Assembly: GCA_001628005.1 (NCBI GenBank)
Contig: LUQU01000003.1
Coordinates: 14,890-78,889 of the forward strand
Direction of reading: 5' to 3'
Length of the DNA: 64,000 nt
From: SAR86 cluster bacterium REDSEA-S09_B4
Lineage (GTDB): Bacteria > Pseudomonadota > Gammaproteobacteria > Magnimaribacterales > Magnimaribacteraceae
Shown piece after piece: positions 9,311-18,609 of this stretch; within the stretch, counting starts at the first letter, position 1; every line of letters starts with the position of its first letter. Made by a program: the position numbers and the translations under genes. Below the pieces are notes generated by a model, which ran no database searches, was not told the DNA's origin, and worked only from the letters and a program-made list of their open reading frames with translations.

Positions 9311-10129
9311 TTAAGATTCTCCTAGGTTCTTAGATTTCTCAGCTGCTTTTAAAACTGCTTCTACAATTGAGTCACTAACTCTCTTTTCATTTAGAACTTC
9401 TAAGGCTCTCTCTGTTACACCTCCGGGCGATGTAACCCTTTCTCTTAATAAAGAGGGGCTGTCTTCACTTAAGCTGGCCAGAGTAGAAGAGCCCTTTATC
9501 ATTTCAGTTATTAATTCTTTTGTAATACCTTCATCTAAGTTTAATCCCTTTGCTGCTTCTTGCAGGGCCTCTATTAAATAAAAAATGTAAGCAGGCCCAG
9601 AACTAAGAAGTGCAGTGAATAGATCAAAAGCTCTTTCATCTAGCCAACAAGTTAAACCAACCGAACCAAATACAGATTCAGCTATAGTTTTATCTTCATC
9701 AACTACTAGTTTGTTCGGTGTTAGAGCACTTACACCCATTCCAATAGAGGCTGGGGTGTTGGGCATGGCTCTTATTATCTTTGAATTCGAATTTAATCTT
9801 TTTTCAATAGACTCAATTTTGTAACCAGCAACTATAGAAATCAATAAAGTATCTTTCTTACTAATTTCAGTTGATAGTTCATCTAATACAGACTCTATTA
9901 CATTTGGTTTGACGGCTAGTACAAGAGTTGATGCTGATTTAATAACCCTCACATTGTCTTTGGTGACATTAACGGAAAACTTATCCTTAAGCTTTTTTAG
10001 ATGCTCTTCTTCTGGAGAGCTAACAAAGATCTGTGAATTGTTGTATTTATTTTTTACTAAACCAGCAATAAGGGCTCCTGCCATATTGCCTGCGCCAATA
10101 AATCCTATATTAGATAATTCCTCGTTCAA
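9311..10129 (-). CDS. proC: pyrroline-5-carboxylate reductase
   Basis: 272 aa with an N-terminal Rossmann motif IGFIGAGNMAGAL and a C-terminal VTSPGGVTE motif. Confidence 0.92.
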   Translation of the reverse strand: MNEELSNIGFIGAGNMAGALIAGLVKNKYNNSQIFVSSPEEEHLKKLKDKFSVNVTKDNVRVIKSASTLVLAVKPNVIESVLDELSTEISKKDTLLISIVAGYKIESIEKRLNSNSKIIRAMPNTPASIGMGVSALTPNKLVVDEDKTIAESVFGSVGLTCWLDERAFDLFTALLSSGPAYIFYLIEALQEAAKGLNLDEGITKELITEMIKGSSTLASLSEDSPSLLRERVTSPGGVTERALEVLNEKRVSDSIVEAVLKAAEKSKNLGES

Positions 10130-10803
10130 TCTCTTTCACCAAAAATTTTAGTGCCAATCCTAATCATTGTGGAGCCTTCCAGTATAGCTGCCTCATAATC
10201 ACCAGACATACCCATTGAAAGGGTATCCAGTTGAGGGTAAGTAAACTTAAGGTCTTCAAAACAGGAACGAATTCTACCAAACACTTTTCTTTGTTGTTCA
10301 AAATCCTTGGTGGCTTTCGGAATTGACATCAATCCCCTAACTTCTAGTCTTTCCAGTTGAACCAGTTCAGATATAAATTTTTTACAATCAGAAAGGGGAA
10401 TTCCAGATTTATGTTCCTCATTGTCTGGATTTACTTGGACACATACATTCAGTTTGTTCATTTCTAATGGTCTGTGTTGGTTAAGCTTCTTGGCAACTTT
10501 AATTCTGTCTATTGTTTGAACCCAGTCAAATAAGGAGGCGATTTTCTTGGCTTTTCTGCTTTGAATGGCCCCTATAAAGTGCCAAGTGGGAATATCACCA
10601 ATTTTTAATATTTTTGGTTCAGCTTCTTGAAGAAAGTTCTCTCCAAAGTGCTGAATTCCCTCACTTAACGCTTTTTCTATCGAATCTATCGCTTGACTCT
10701 TGCTTGCCCCTAAAATTGTCAGATCTTCTGAATTTTTTCCTGTTCGTTCACATATTTTATTTAATTCCGAAAGGAAGAACTTTAATTTTTCTGGCTTTCC
10801 CAT
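10126..10803 (-). CDS. yggS: YggS family pyridoxal-phosphate homeostasis protein
   Basis: 225 aa with the PLP-lysine context GASKSQ, the HFIGAIQSRK motif and the C-terminal IRIGTKIFG. Confidence 0.88.
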   Translation of the reverse strand: MGKPEKLKFFLSELNKICERTGKNSEDLTILGASKSQAIDSIEKALSEGIQHFGENFLQEAEPKILKIGDIPTWHFIGAIQSRKAKKIASLFDWVQTIDRIKVAKKLNQHRPLEMNKLNVCVQVNPDNEEHKSGIPLSDCKKFISELVQLERLEVRGLMSIPKATKDFEQQRKVFGRIRSCFEDLKFTYPQLDTLSMGMSGDYEAAILEGSTMIRIGTKIFGERD

Positions 10804-10811
10804 ACCAAACT

Positions 10812-12581
10812 CTACATAGATTCAGGGGCACTAATACTCAGAATTTTTAAGCCATTAAAAAGGACCTGCTTTACTGCAGAAATTAAAAATAATTTAGCTT
10901 GAAGGGTGTTCTCCTCCTCAACCAATATGCGCTCGTTGTTATAGTAACTATGGAAAGTACCGGCTAAATTTCTCAAATAATAACAAATTAAATGTGGCTC
11001 ATAATTTTCTGCAGAACGATTAATTACATCAGGAAATTGACTTAATAATTGCTGAATTTCAACTTCTTGATCACTATTAAGTTGATCAAGAGCTTCCAAG
11101 GCAACAGATTCTTTATATGACTTTTTGTTTTCCTTCAGCTTATCGAAAACACTGCATATTCGTGCATGGGCATACTGAATATAATATAAGGGGTTATCTT
11201 TGCTTTCTTCTTTAGCAAGATCCAGATCAAAATCTAAATGCTGGTTACCTTTTCTGTTGATGAAAAAAAACCTAGCAGCTTCAGAAGTTACCTCTTCAAT
11301 TAATTCATTTAAACTTATGAATTCGCCGGCACGGGTAGACATAGAGAGTTTTTTGCCTCCCCTGATTAAATTTGCGAATTGAATAAAAATCACCTCAAAC
11401 TTATCTGTATCTTCACCCAGGGCAGACATCGCAGCTTTAACTCTTGGTAGATACCCGTGGTGATCAGCCCCCCAAACATTAATAATTTTTGAGTACCCCC
11501 TATTAAATTTATTTGCATGATAAGCAATATCGGAAGCAAAATACGTAGTTGCTCCATTTTCTCGTTTTACAACTCTGTCTTTTTCATCACCAAAATCAGT
11601 TGATTGAAACCAAAGGGCTCCATCTTTTTCATAAAGTTTTTTCTTAGATTTTAGAGAATCCAGGGCTTCTCCAATTAAAGATCTGTTTGTTCTAGAAGTA
11701 CTAAACATTGACGACTCTTTAAACCATTTATTGTGTTCAACACCAAAAGCTTTTAAATCTCTTTCTATATTTTGCAAAATATTTTCAAGGGCAAAAGTGG
11801 TAATTTCTTTAAAGCCTTTCTTTAAAAGTTCCTTAGATTTAGCTATTAAGTTATCCAGTTCTTCTTCAGTTAAATCTAGAGAAAGCAATTGAGATATTTC
11901 TTTTTCAAGCTCTTTATCAACACAGAACTTCTTATCTTTATCTTTTTCAAGTTCTTTAGCTAAGGATTCAATATAGGCTCCTTGATAGCAGTTATTTGGG
12001 AAAAGACTAACTTGATTAAAATTTTCTAAATACCTTAACCAAACACTTAAAGAAAGAATTTCCGTTTGGCGTCCCTGGTCGTTGACATAGTATTCTTCAT
12101 CAACTTGATGGCCTGTTGCTTTAAGTATACTGGCAAGCACTGATCCGAAAGCCGCTCCTCTTCCGTGACCAACGTGCAAAGGGCCCGTGGGGTTACTAGA
12201 AACGTACTCAATTAATACACTATCTTTCTCAGCTTTTTTCTTTGTACTGAAGCCAAACTTATTTTTTTCTTTATTAATTATTCTAAGAATTTCAGTTCTC
12301 GATGCATGAGACAAAAAGAAATTGATAAACCCAGGTCCTGCAATTTCCATTCGATCTATGAAATCTTTTTCCCCCAATTCTTTTAAGAGCATTTCTGCAA
12401 TGTCCTTGGGAGGTTTAGAAAGCTCTTTTGATAGCACAAGAGCTAAATTAGAAGAAAAATCACCAAATTCCTTCTCTTTATTCTCTTTTATTTCAATTTT
12501 AGTTTTTGAAAGAATTACATTATGTTCCTTTTCTAAAGACTTTAAGGCTTGATTTAAAGATTTTTTTAATTCTTCCTTCAT
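10812..12581 (-). CDS. argS: arginine--tRNA ligase
   Basis: 589 aa with the class I HIGH variant (NPTGPLHVGHGR), an MSTR(KMSK-like) motif and an ArgRS anticodon-binding C-terminus. Confidence 0.95.
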   Translation of the reverse strand: MKEELKKSLNQALKSLEKEHNVILSKTKIEIKENKEKEFGDFSSNLALVLSKELSKPPKDIAEMLLKELGEKDFIDRMEIAGPGFINFFLSHASRTEILRIINKEKNKFGFSTKKKAEKDSVLIEYVSSNPTGPLHVGHGRGAAFGSVLASILKATGHQVDEEYYVNDQGRQTEILSLSVWLRYLENFNQVSLFPNNCYQGAYIESLAKELEKDKDKKFCVDKELEKEISQLLSLDLTEEELDNLIAKSKELLKKGFKEITTFALENILQNIERDLKAFGVEHNKWFKESSMFSTSRTNRSLIGEALDSLKSKKKLYEKDGALWFQSTDFGDEKDRVVKRENGATTYFASDIAYHANKFNRGYSKIINVWGADHHGYLPRVKAAMSALGEDTDKFEVIFIQFANLIRGGKKLSMSTRAGEFISLNELIEEVTSEAARFFFINRKGNQHLDFDLDLAKEESKDNPLYYIQYAHARICSVFDKLKENKKSYKESVALEALDQLNSDQEVEIQQLLSQFPDVINRSAENYEPHLICYYLRNLAGTFHSYYNNERILVEEENTLQAKLFLISAVKQVLFNGLKILSISAPESM

Positions 12582-12586
12582 TACTA

Positions 12587-13150
12587 CTACTTCCTTCCTT
12601 GGTACTCGCCGCTCCTAGTGTCTACAGTAACAACGTCTCCCTCTGAAACAAACAAAGGGACTTTGATAACTGCGCCGGTAGCTAAGGTGGCCGGCTTGTT
12701 TCCGCCAGAGGCGGTATCGCCCTTAACACCAGGATCAGTTTGAGTAATTTTTAAATCCACAAAATTTGGAGGAATTATAGAAATAGGGGTGTCATTCCAT
12801 AGAAGCACCTGACAAACATCTTCTTCGGTCAACCAATTTTTGTTCTCCCCGATTAAATTCTCAGAAATCAAAACTTGGTCATAAGACTCCTGGTTCATAA
12901 AGCACCTATCTGTTCCCTCTGAGTACAAGTACTGCATTTCAACTTCATTCACGTCTGCGGACTCTAGTGACTCTCCAACCTTGCATGTCTTTTCGCCAGT
13001 TCTTTGAGTTAACAGGTTCCTAAATTTAACTTTACTGAAGGCCTGCCCCTTGCCGGGCTTTACAAACTCTTCTTCAATGATTTCACAAGGCTCACCATCG
13101 ATTAAAATTTTTAACCCAGGTTTAAAATCACTGGTTGAGTAAGAGACCAA
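12587..13150 (-). CDS. efp: elongation factor P
   Basis: 187 aa with a KPGKGQAF loop carrying the modifiable Lys, and overall EF-P sequence. Confidence 0.95.
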   Translation of the reverse strand: MVSYSTSDFKPGLKILIDGEPCEIIEEEFVKPGKGQAFSKVKFRNLLTQRTGEKTCKVGESLESADVNEVEMQYLYSEGTDRCFMNQESYDQVLISENLIGENKNWLTEEDVCQVLLWNDTPISIIPPNFVDLKITQTDPGVKGDTASGGNKPATLATGAVIKVPLFVSEGDVVTVDTRSGEYQGRK

Positions 13151-13164
13151 AATTTACCTTGTAA

Positions 13165-14790
13165 TTATTTCTTTGACAGATTTATTAATTCTTCACCAAA
13201 TTTTACAGCTTTAGACTCATACAAGAAATTTTTATCTGCTTCTGTACCCGGAGGCAGTAATAAAATTACCGTAGAGCCCATCTGAAAGTAACTTAATTCT
13301 TGGCCTTTACGTACAGCTTTTAAATCTTCCTCAGGACCTTCGTTCCACAAATTGACTAAATTTCTTTTTTTAGGTTTAGTTTCTGTATTCCAAAAAGGAA
13401 CTATGCTGCCGACCATGGCTGCTCCCACACTGACTAGGCCATAATAAAAGTCATCTGACTTTACATAACAAAAAGTTCTTTCATTATTGTTGTACAAAGA
13501 CTGTATCTTTCGAGTTGATTGAAAATTAACGCTGTATAAATTACCTTCTAGATATCTAGTTTCCTCTATTGTTCCACTAAAAGGAGAATGTATTCTGTGG
13601 TAATTTTTAGGTGCCAGATAAATAGTAATAAAAAAACCATTTCTAAAAGTCTTTGCCAATGTCTTATCTTTAATAAGATCGCCTACATTATATTTAATGC
13701 CTTTCGCTTGAATGAGTGTCTCTTTTTCTATCTTTCCCAGCTGCACAACCATTCCATCAACAGGAGAGGTTATAGTATTTATATCGGGGTTTATTGGCCT
13801 AGATTCAGATTTTAGCTTCCTTGTAAAGAAATCATTAAAACTTTTGTACCTTTTTATATCAACTTCTTCGGACTCTTCAAGGTTAGGTTTATAAAAATAA
13901 CAAAAAAGGCCTATAAGTAAGTCTTTTATAAAAAAACTTTCTAAGTTAGAAAAATACCCGGCTAAGGCAGTCAGCTTTTTAAAAGGCATAAGTGGTCTTA
14001 AGGTTGCTAGAGGGCCATTTCTTCCAATAAACAAATCGGGGATAAGTTTGTTGGTGTGCATTGAATAAACTGAGTATTTAGGAAAGTCAGCAAGTAATCT
14101 TTTTTCTGTCCCTTCAATAGAAATTAACAGGTAAAGGGACATAATTAGAGGTCCGTAAAAACTCCATTCTCCGCCTATTGAGCTACATGCAATTATATAT
14201 AGCGCCCACCACTGCAATATATGACCAAAATAATTAGGATGTCTTGAAAGTCTCCATAAACCGGTAGTTAAAATTTCTGTTCCCTTAGGGTTTTCGGTCT
14301 TAAAGGCCAATAAATCACGATTAGATTTAGTTTCCGCATAAAAACCCAAGGAAAATAGGACTAACCCCATGAAATCAAGGAAGTTAAGGCTATTCATGCC
14401 AGGAAGGTAGTTAACTGAAATTATTGGAGAAATAACAATGACTTGCAATATTCCCATTTTAAGAAAATTATCCTTATAAGACCCGAGGGTTCTTTCATAA
14501 ACTTCTTTTTCTATATCATCCTTTAGTTTTCTTTTCTTATTTGTGAAAAGAAAAACCTTAATTCCCAACACTAATGCCAGCAAAGTAACCAAAATTTTCC
14601 TTACATGGAAATCAGAAACCTCTAAAAGGCCTTGTAAAGCCACAGCAGAAAGTGCGAGCAGGGCAATACCAACGCCCCAATAGAGATCTTTTAAATAAAA
14701 CTGGTCTTTTTTCTTAATATATAACCACAGAAGAGTAAGTATTGACCAATTGATCAAAGTGATATAAATAAAAAATTCTAGAAGCGACAT
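13165..14790 (-). CDS. psd: fusion protein: N-terminal DUF1295/ICMT-PEMT-like membrane domain plus C-terminal phosphatidylserine decarboxylase proenzyme
   Basis: 541 aa. The N-terminal half (about 255 aa) is polytopic and carries GLWRLSRHPNYFGHILQWWALY. The C-terminal half has PSD features (SPVDG, YHRIHSP) and the self-cleavage motif QMGSTVILL. Confidence 0.8.
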   Translation of the reverse strand: MSLLEFFIYITLINWSILTLLWLYIKKKDQFYLKDLYWGVGIALLALSAVALQGLLEVSDFHVRKILVTLLALVLGIKVFLFTNKKRKLKDDIEKEVYERTLGSYKDNFLKMGILQVIVISPIISVNYLPGMNSLNFLDFMGLVLFSLGFYAETKSNRDLLAFKTENPKGTEILTTGLWRLSRHPNYFGHILQWWALYIIACSSIGGEWSFYGPLIMSLYLLISIEGTEKRLLADFPKYSVYSMHTNKLIPDLFIGRNGPLATLRPLMPFKKLTALAGYFSNLESFFIKDLLIGLFCYFYKPNLEESEEVDIKRYKSFNDFFTRKLKSESRPINPDINTITSPVDGMVVQLGKIEKETLIQAKGIKYNVGDLIKDKTLAKTFRNGFFITIYLAPKNYHRIHSPFSGTIEETRYLEGNLYSVNFQSTRKIQSLYNNNERTFCYVKSDDFYYGLVSVGAAMVGSIVPFWNTETKPKKRNLVNLWNEGPEEDLKAVRKGQELSYFQMGSTVILLLPPGTEADKNFLYESKAVKFGEELINLSKK

Positions 14791-14933
14791 TCAATCGTTG
14801 CGTTGTTAAAAAATTCCCTCTATAGTCTACATTCCTCGTTGAAGGAGAGGGTATTTTCTGGTGTATTGATCATATCATTTTAGGAATAAACACTGGAACA
14901 AATTACTAAATAAGAATTAAAGGAGATAGTCTA

Positions 14934-15701
14934 ATGAAGCGTCTTAGCACTTTTCCACTGATTATGGTGGCAACCCTACTAGGATCTACGCTTGTTTTTT
15001 CTGACCAAATACAACCTTTACTGGATATAGGTGAGGAGCGTCAAAAATCAGAGCAAGCATCTCAAACAAAAATAGACTCAATGGATGATGACACATCCTT
15101 AATAGTCAATGAATACAAAACAGTCAGTAAGCAAATAGAAGGCTTAAGGGTCTATAACGCCCAGATGAGAATGCAAATTGAGCGTCAAGAAGCAAGGTTA
15201 AAAGAAATTGATAAGACCATGAAAGAAGCCCAAGTTATGCAAAGGCAAATACCGCCTTTTACGAGACGACTACTGGCGGGTATAGAAAAATCAATAGAAT
15301 TAGATATGCCCTTTCACTTAGCTGAAAGGAAAGAGCGAGTCGCCTTTGCCAAGGCTGCAATTGATAATCCTACTGTTTCTCCTGCTGAAGGTCTAAGGCA
15401 AGTCCTGGAAACCTTCAATGTTGAAATGGAATATGGCAGAAAGCTTGATAACTACAAAGACACTATAGAAATTGAAGGCCAACAAAGAGAGGTTAATGTG
15501 CTTAGAGTTGGTAGATTGGCTTTGGTTTATCAGTCTGCTGATGAAAGCTTAACGGGGGCTTGGGATAATAATATAGACGAATGGGTTGCTTTAGACAGCA
15601 GCTACAGAAACCCAACTAGAAAGGGACTGAGAATAGCAAACAAACTTGCTACGGTTGATATGCTCGAACTGCCTATACAAAACCCGGAGGCAGTGCAATG
15701 A
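14934..15701 (+). CDS. DUF3450 family periplasmic coiled-coil protein (TonB2-system accessory, TtpB-like)
   Basis: 255 aa with a signal peptide and coiled-coil sequence. It is the first gene of a DUF3450/large ExbB-like/ExbB/ExbD/TonB/TPR cluster and overlaps the next gene (ATGA). Confidence 0.7.
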   Translation: MKRLSTFPLIMVATLLGSTLVFSDQIQPLLDIGEERQKSEQASQTKIDSMDDDTSLIVNEYKTVSKQIEGLRVYNAQMRMQIERQEARLKEIDKTMKEAQVMQRQIPPFTRRLLAGIEKSIELDMPFHLAERKERVAFAKAAIDNPTVSPAEGLRQVLETFNVEMEYGRKLDNYKDTIEIEGQQREVNVLRVGRLALVYQSADESLTGAWDNNIDEWVALDSSYRNPTRKGLRIANKLATVDMLELPIQNPEAVQ

Positions 15702-16201
15702 AAAAATTAACTTACCAATTACTGCCTTTATTTTTTATTACTTTACTGGTCTTTCCAGTTAATGCTGAGGAAGGTGCAGAAGAAGCAGCCAATGAACCTT
15801 CAAATCCTTCAGAGTTATTAGAGCTCGTTCAGAAAGGTCAGTTTGCTGATACTGCAGAGCAGAGAGAAAGGGAGAGGAAATTTAGGAATGAAAAAAATAA
15901 GCAAGCTAAACTATTAGCTGATGCGAAAGCTGAAAGAGCCAGACTTGAAAGAGAAGCAGCTAGACTAGAACAAAAATTCGAAGCTAACGAAGCCTTACTA
16001 GTAGTAGCAGAAGCTCAGTTGAAAGAAAGACTTGGATCTCTAAACGAAATATTTGGCCATTTAGCCGGTCTGGCAACAGAAGCACGAAATATTTTTGAAC
16101 AATCTCTTAGTTCAGCTCAGTTTGGAAAAGACAGGGAAGAGTTTTTAACTAAGTTGGCTGTAAAAATGGGAGCGAGAAGTCGTTCGAGTAGGTGTATTTA
16201 A
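15698..16201 (+). CDS. MotA/TolQ/ExbB-family TtpC-like protein, N-terminal fragment (gene interrupted by a frameshift)
   Basis: 167 aa with a signal peptide and coiled coil. It ends 11 codons after an A5 run at 16162-16166. The reading frame continues in the +1 frame from 16164. Confidence 0.6.
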   Translation: MKKLTYQLLPLFFITLLVFPVNAEEGAEEAANEPSNPSELLELVQKGQFADTAEQRERERKFRNEKNKQAKLLADAKAERARLEREAARLEQKFEANEALLVVAEAQLKERLGSLNEIFGHLAGLATEARNIFEQSLSSAQFGKDREEFLTKLAVKMGARSRSSRCI

Positions 16202-16247
16202 TGCTGTTTCAGACGGTAATTATCTTACCTATGCTTCAACAAGGGGT

Positions 16248-16964
16248 ATGTATGAGGAACTGCCATCTCAACCAGCTGGAAGATACACATCAACTACCTC
16301 TGATGTCTTTGGTGCCGATGCTTTCCCTGTTCAATTTGCAGTTGATCCTACTGGACCTCAAGGGGGATCTTATCTGGCCAGCTTAATTTCAATGTCTGGA
16401 GCTTGGGAAAGAATCAATGGCGAAGGCGGACCCATTGGTATAGTTATATTCTACGTACTTGGCCTTGGAGGAGTAGGGCTGTTTATATGGAGATTGGTTA
16501 CTTTGAGAGGCATTCGATCTGCAGTAGATTCACAACTGGCTGCCTCCACTCTAAATACTGACAATCCATTAGGTAGGGTTCTAAAAATAGCAGAAGATAA
16601 TCCAAAAGCTGATACGGAAACCCTAGAACTTAAAATGGCCGAGCAAATACTTAATGAGAGACCACCAATTGAAAAACTCAATTGGTTGATAAAGTTAATC
16701 TCTATAGTCGCTCCGCTGATGGGTCTTTTTGGAACAATAGTAGGAATGATTGAAACTTTCCAAATGATAACTTTATTTGGAACGGGAGATCCGAAAACCA
16801 TGGCAAGCGGTATTTCAATTGCTTTAGTCACAACATGGTTGGGATTAATGGTTGCAATTCCAATGACATTTATGTCAGCTATAGTTTCTAATTTCTCAAA
16901 AGGAATTTTAGAAACAATTGAAGAGCAGGCCATAGGAATGGCAGCAGAAAGGTCTGAAAAGTAA
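16248..16964 (+). CDS. MotA/TolQ/ExbB-family TtpC-like protein, C-terminal channel fragment
   Basis: 238 aa with the MotA_ExbB channel motif (APLMGLFGTIVGMIETF). The frame is open upstream to 16164, encoding KWEREVVRVGVFNAVSDGNYLTY. Confidence 0.75.
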   Translation: MYEELPSQPAGRYTSTTSDVFGADAFPVQFAVDPTGPQGGSYLASLISMSGAWERINGEGGPIGIVIFYVLGLGGVGLFIWRLVTLRGIRSAVDSQLAASTLNTDNPLGRVLKIAEDNPKADTETLELKMAEQILNERPPIEKLNWLIKLISIVAPLMGLFGTIVGMIETFQMITLFGTGDPKTMASGISIALVTTWLGLMVAIPMTFMSAIVSNFSKGILETIEEQAIGMAAERSEK

Positions 16965-16989
16965 TTTAGACTGAGGAGATAACGGAAAC

Positions 16990-17514
16990 ATGTTCTTCTT
17001 CTATGATGCTGCAGATGCTCTTTTTGAGTTTATGCAAAAGGGAGGCGATGTTCTCTATTTAATAGGGTTACTAGCTTTCTTAATGTGGTTTCTTATTTTT
17101 GAGAGACTTTGGTATTACAGGTACAATCATCAGCTAAATGTGGATGGGGCTGTTGCAGAATGGTCTAAAAGAAAAGATAAAAAAACCTGGAATTCCAAGG
17201 CAATAAGAGAAATGTTGATTTCTCAAACTTCTACTAAGATTAATCAAAACTTAACTTTAATAAAACTGTGTGTAGGCGTTGCACCACTATTAGGTTTGTT
17301 TGGAACGATAACAGGCATGATCGAGGTGTTTCACCTTTTGGCTGTAACTGGAGGCGGTGATGCTAAAGCAATGGCCGGCGGTGTTTCCAGGTCAACAATA
17401 CCAGCTATGGCAGGACTTTCTGTAGCCATAACCGGTACCTTTGCTAGCACTTTCTTAAAAAATAAATCTAAAAGAGAAGAAGAGCTCTTGTCAGAGCACT
17501 TAGTTTCTGAATAA
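16990..17514 (+). CDS. exbB: ExbB/TolQ-type proton channel protein
   Basis: 174 aa with three TM segments and the motif APLLGLFGTITGMIEVF. Confidence 0.85.
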   Translation: MFFFYDAADALFEFMQKGGDVLYLIGLLAFLMWFLIFERLWYYRYNHQLNVDGAVAEWSKRKDKKTWNSKAIREMLISQTSTKINQNLTLIKLCVGVAPLLGLFGTITGMIEVFHLLAVTGGGDAKAMAGGVSRSTIPAMAGLSVAITGTFASTFLKNKSKREEELLSEHLVSE

Positions 17515-17528
17515 TAAAGGTAACAATT

Positions 17529-17939
17529 ATGAGAAGATCACCCATAAGCCAAGCGACTGAAGCAGAGGAAGAAATAAGCTTAACTCCTATGTTGGATGTG
17601 GTATTTATTCTTTTAATCTTTTTTATTGTTACTGCAAATTTTATTAAAGAACCCGGTCTTGAAGTGAATCGTCCTGATGCAGAAACAGCTAATATTCAAG
17701 ACAATGCTGCTATCCTTATCGCGATAGGAGCAAATGACGATATTTGGATTGATGGACGAAGAGTTGATGTAAGACAAGTTAAAGCCAACGTCACTAAGTT
17801 ATTAGCCGACAACCCCCAGGGATCTGTTGTGATTCAGGCTGATGAAAGGGCAACTGCTGATGCCATTATTAAAGTAATGGATCAGTCTAGAGATGCTGGA
17901 GTTTACGCAATATCTTTAGCCTCTGAACCAAAGTTTTAA
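17529..17939 (+). CDS. exbD: biopolymer transport protein ExbD
   Basis: 136 aa with an N-terminal ISLTPMLDVVFILLIFFIV anchor and an ExbD periplasmic domain. Confidence 0.88.
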   Translation: MRRSPISQATEAEEEISLTPMLDVVFILLIFFIVTANFIKEPGLEVNRPDAETANIQDNAAILIAIGANDDIWIDGRRVDVRQVKANVTKLLADNPQGSVVIQADERATADAIIKVMDQSRDAGVYAISLASEPKF

Positions 17940-17945
17940 GGACTT

Positions 17946-18584
17946 ATGAATCTTTCTTTACTAGATTTTAGGAAAATTACAACTGCAGTTAGTCTTTCGG
18001 CGGTTTTAACTCTTATCATCTTTTACATAATGCAGTGGCTGATTGCTACAGGCGATGTAGAGTTGAGTGAAAAGGGTATAAGAATAGCAGACGTAACAAT
18101 GCCAGAAAGGGAGTTGGAGTTATTAATGGATATAGAAAGACCAGAAGAAGAAGAGCCACCCCCTGAAACCATGCCACCAGAATTTGATATGACACCTCCT
18201 GCGGACTTAGATAATGCCACTCCTAGGCCTAAGTTTGATATGAAGGGGAGAAAGGCGGGAGTATTTGCTGACGGCTCTTACGTTCCAATCTTCAAGGTCC
18301 CTCCTATTTATCCCAGAAGGGCCCAAGAAAGGGGTATAGAGGGCTGTGTAATGCTTGAGTTTACAGTCACAAAAGTAGGCTCAGTTAGGGAACCAGTTGT
18401 TGTTTGGTCTCAACCTAGCGGTATTTTTGATAGAGCAGCTATGCGTGCAGCTCTGAAATTTAAATACAAGCCCCAAATAAGAGATGGCGAGGCGATAGAG
18501 GTACCGGGCGTTTTAAATCAAATCACTTTCATAATCGAAGACCCCAACAAGACTAACGAATATGTACCCGAAGGTTGCGCTTAA
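17946..18584 (+). CDS. tonB: energy transducer TonB
   Basis: 212 aa with an N-terminal anchor, a Pro/Glu-rich spacer (EEEPPPETMPPE) and a C-terminal TonB domain (YPRRAQERGIEGCVMLEFTV). Confidence 0.85.
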   Translation: MNLSLLDFRKITTAVSLSAVLTLIIFYIMQWLIATGDVELSEKGIRIADVTMPERELELLMDIERPEEEEPPPETMPPEFDMTPPADLDNATPRPKFDMKGRKAGVFADGSYVPIFKVPPIYPRRAQERGIEGCVMLEFTVTKVGSVREPVVVWSQPSGIFDRAAMRAALKFKYKPQIRDGEAIEVPGVLNQITFIIEDPNKTNEYVPEGCA

Positions 18585-18609
18585 AAAGATCTTTATGTAT
18601 AAACAAGCT

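Noticed and set aside
14865-14881. Fur box upstream of the TonB2-type cluster (ATTGATCATATCATTTT)
   Set aside because: It matches the GATAATGATAATCATTATC consensus at only about half of the positions in my best hand alignment. AT-rich DNA gives such matches by chance.
16192-16386. 64-aa ORF in the third frame at the ttpC-like junction
   Set aside because: It overlaps the in-frame continuation of the channel domain, and its translation is low-complexity and hydrophobic with no family resemblance. It is an artefact of the frameshift region.
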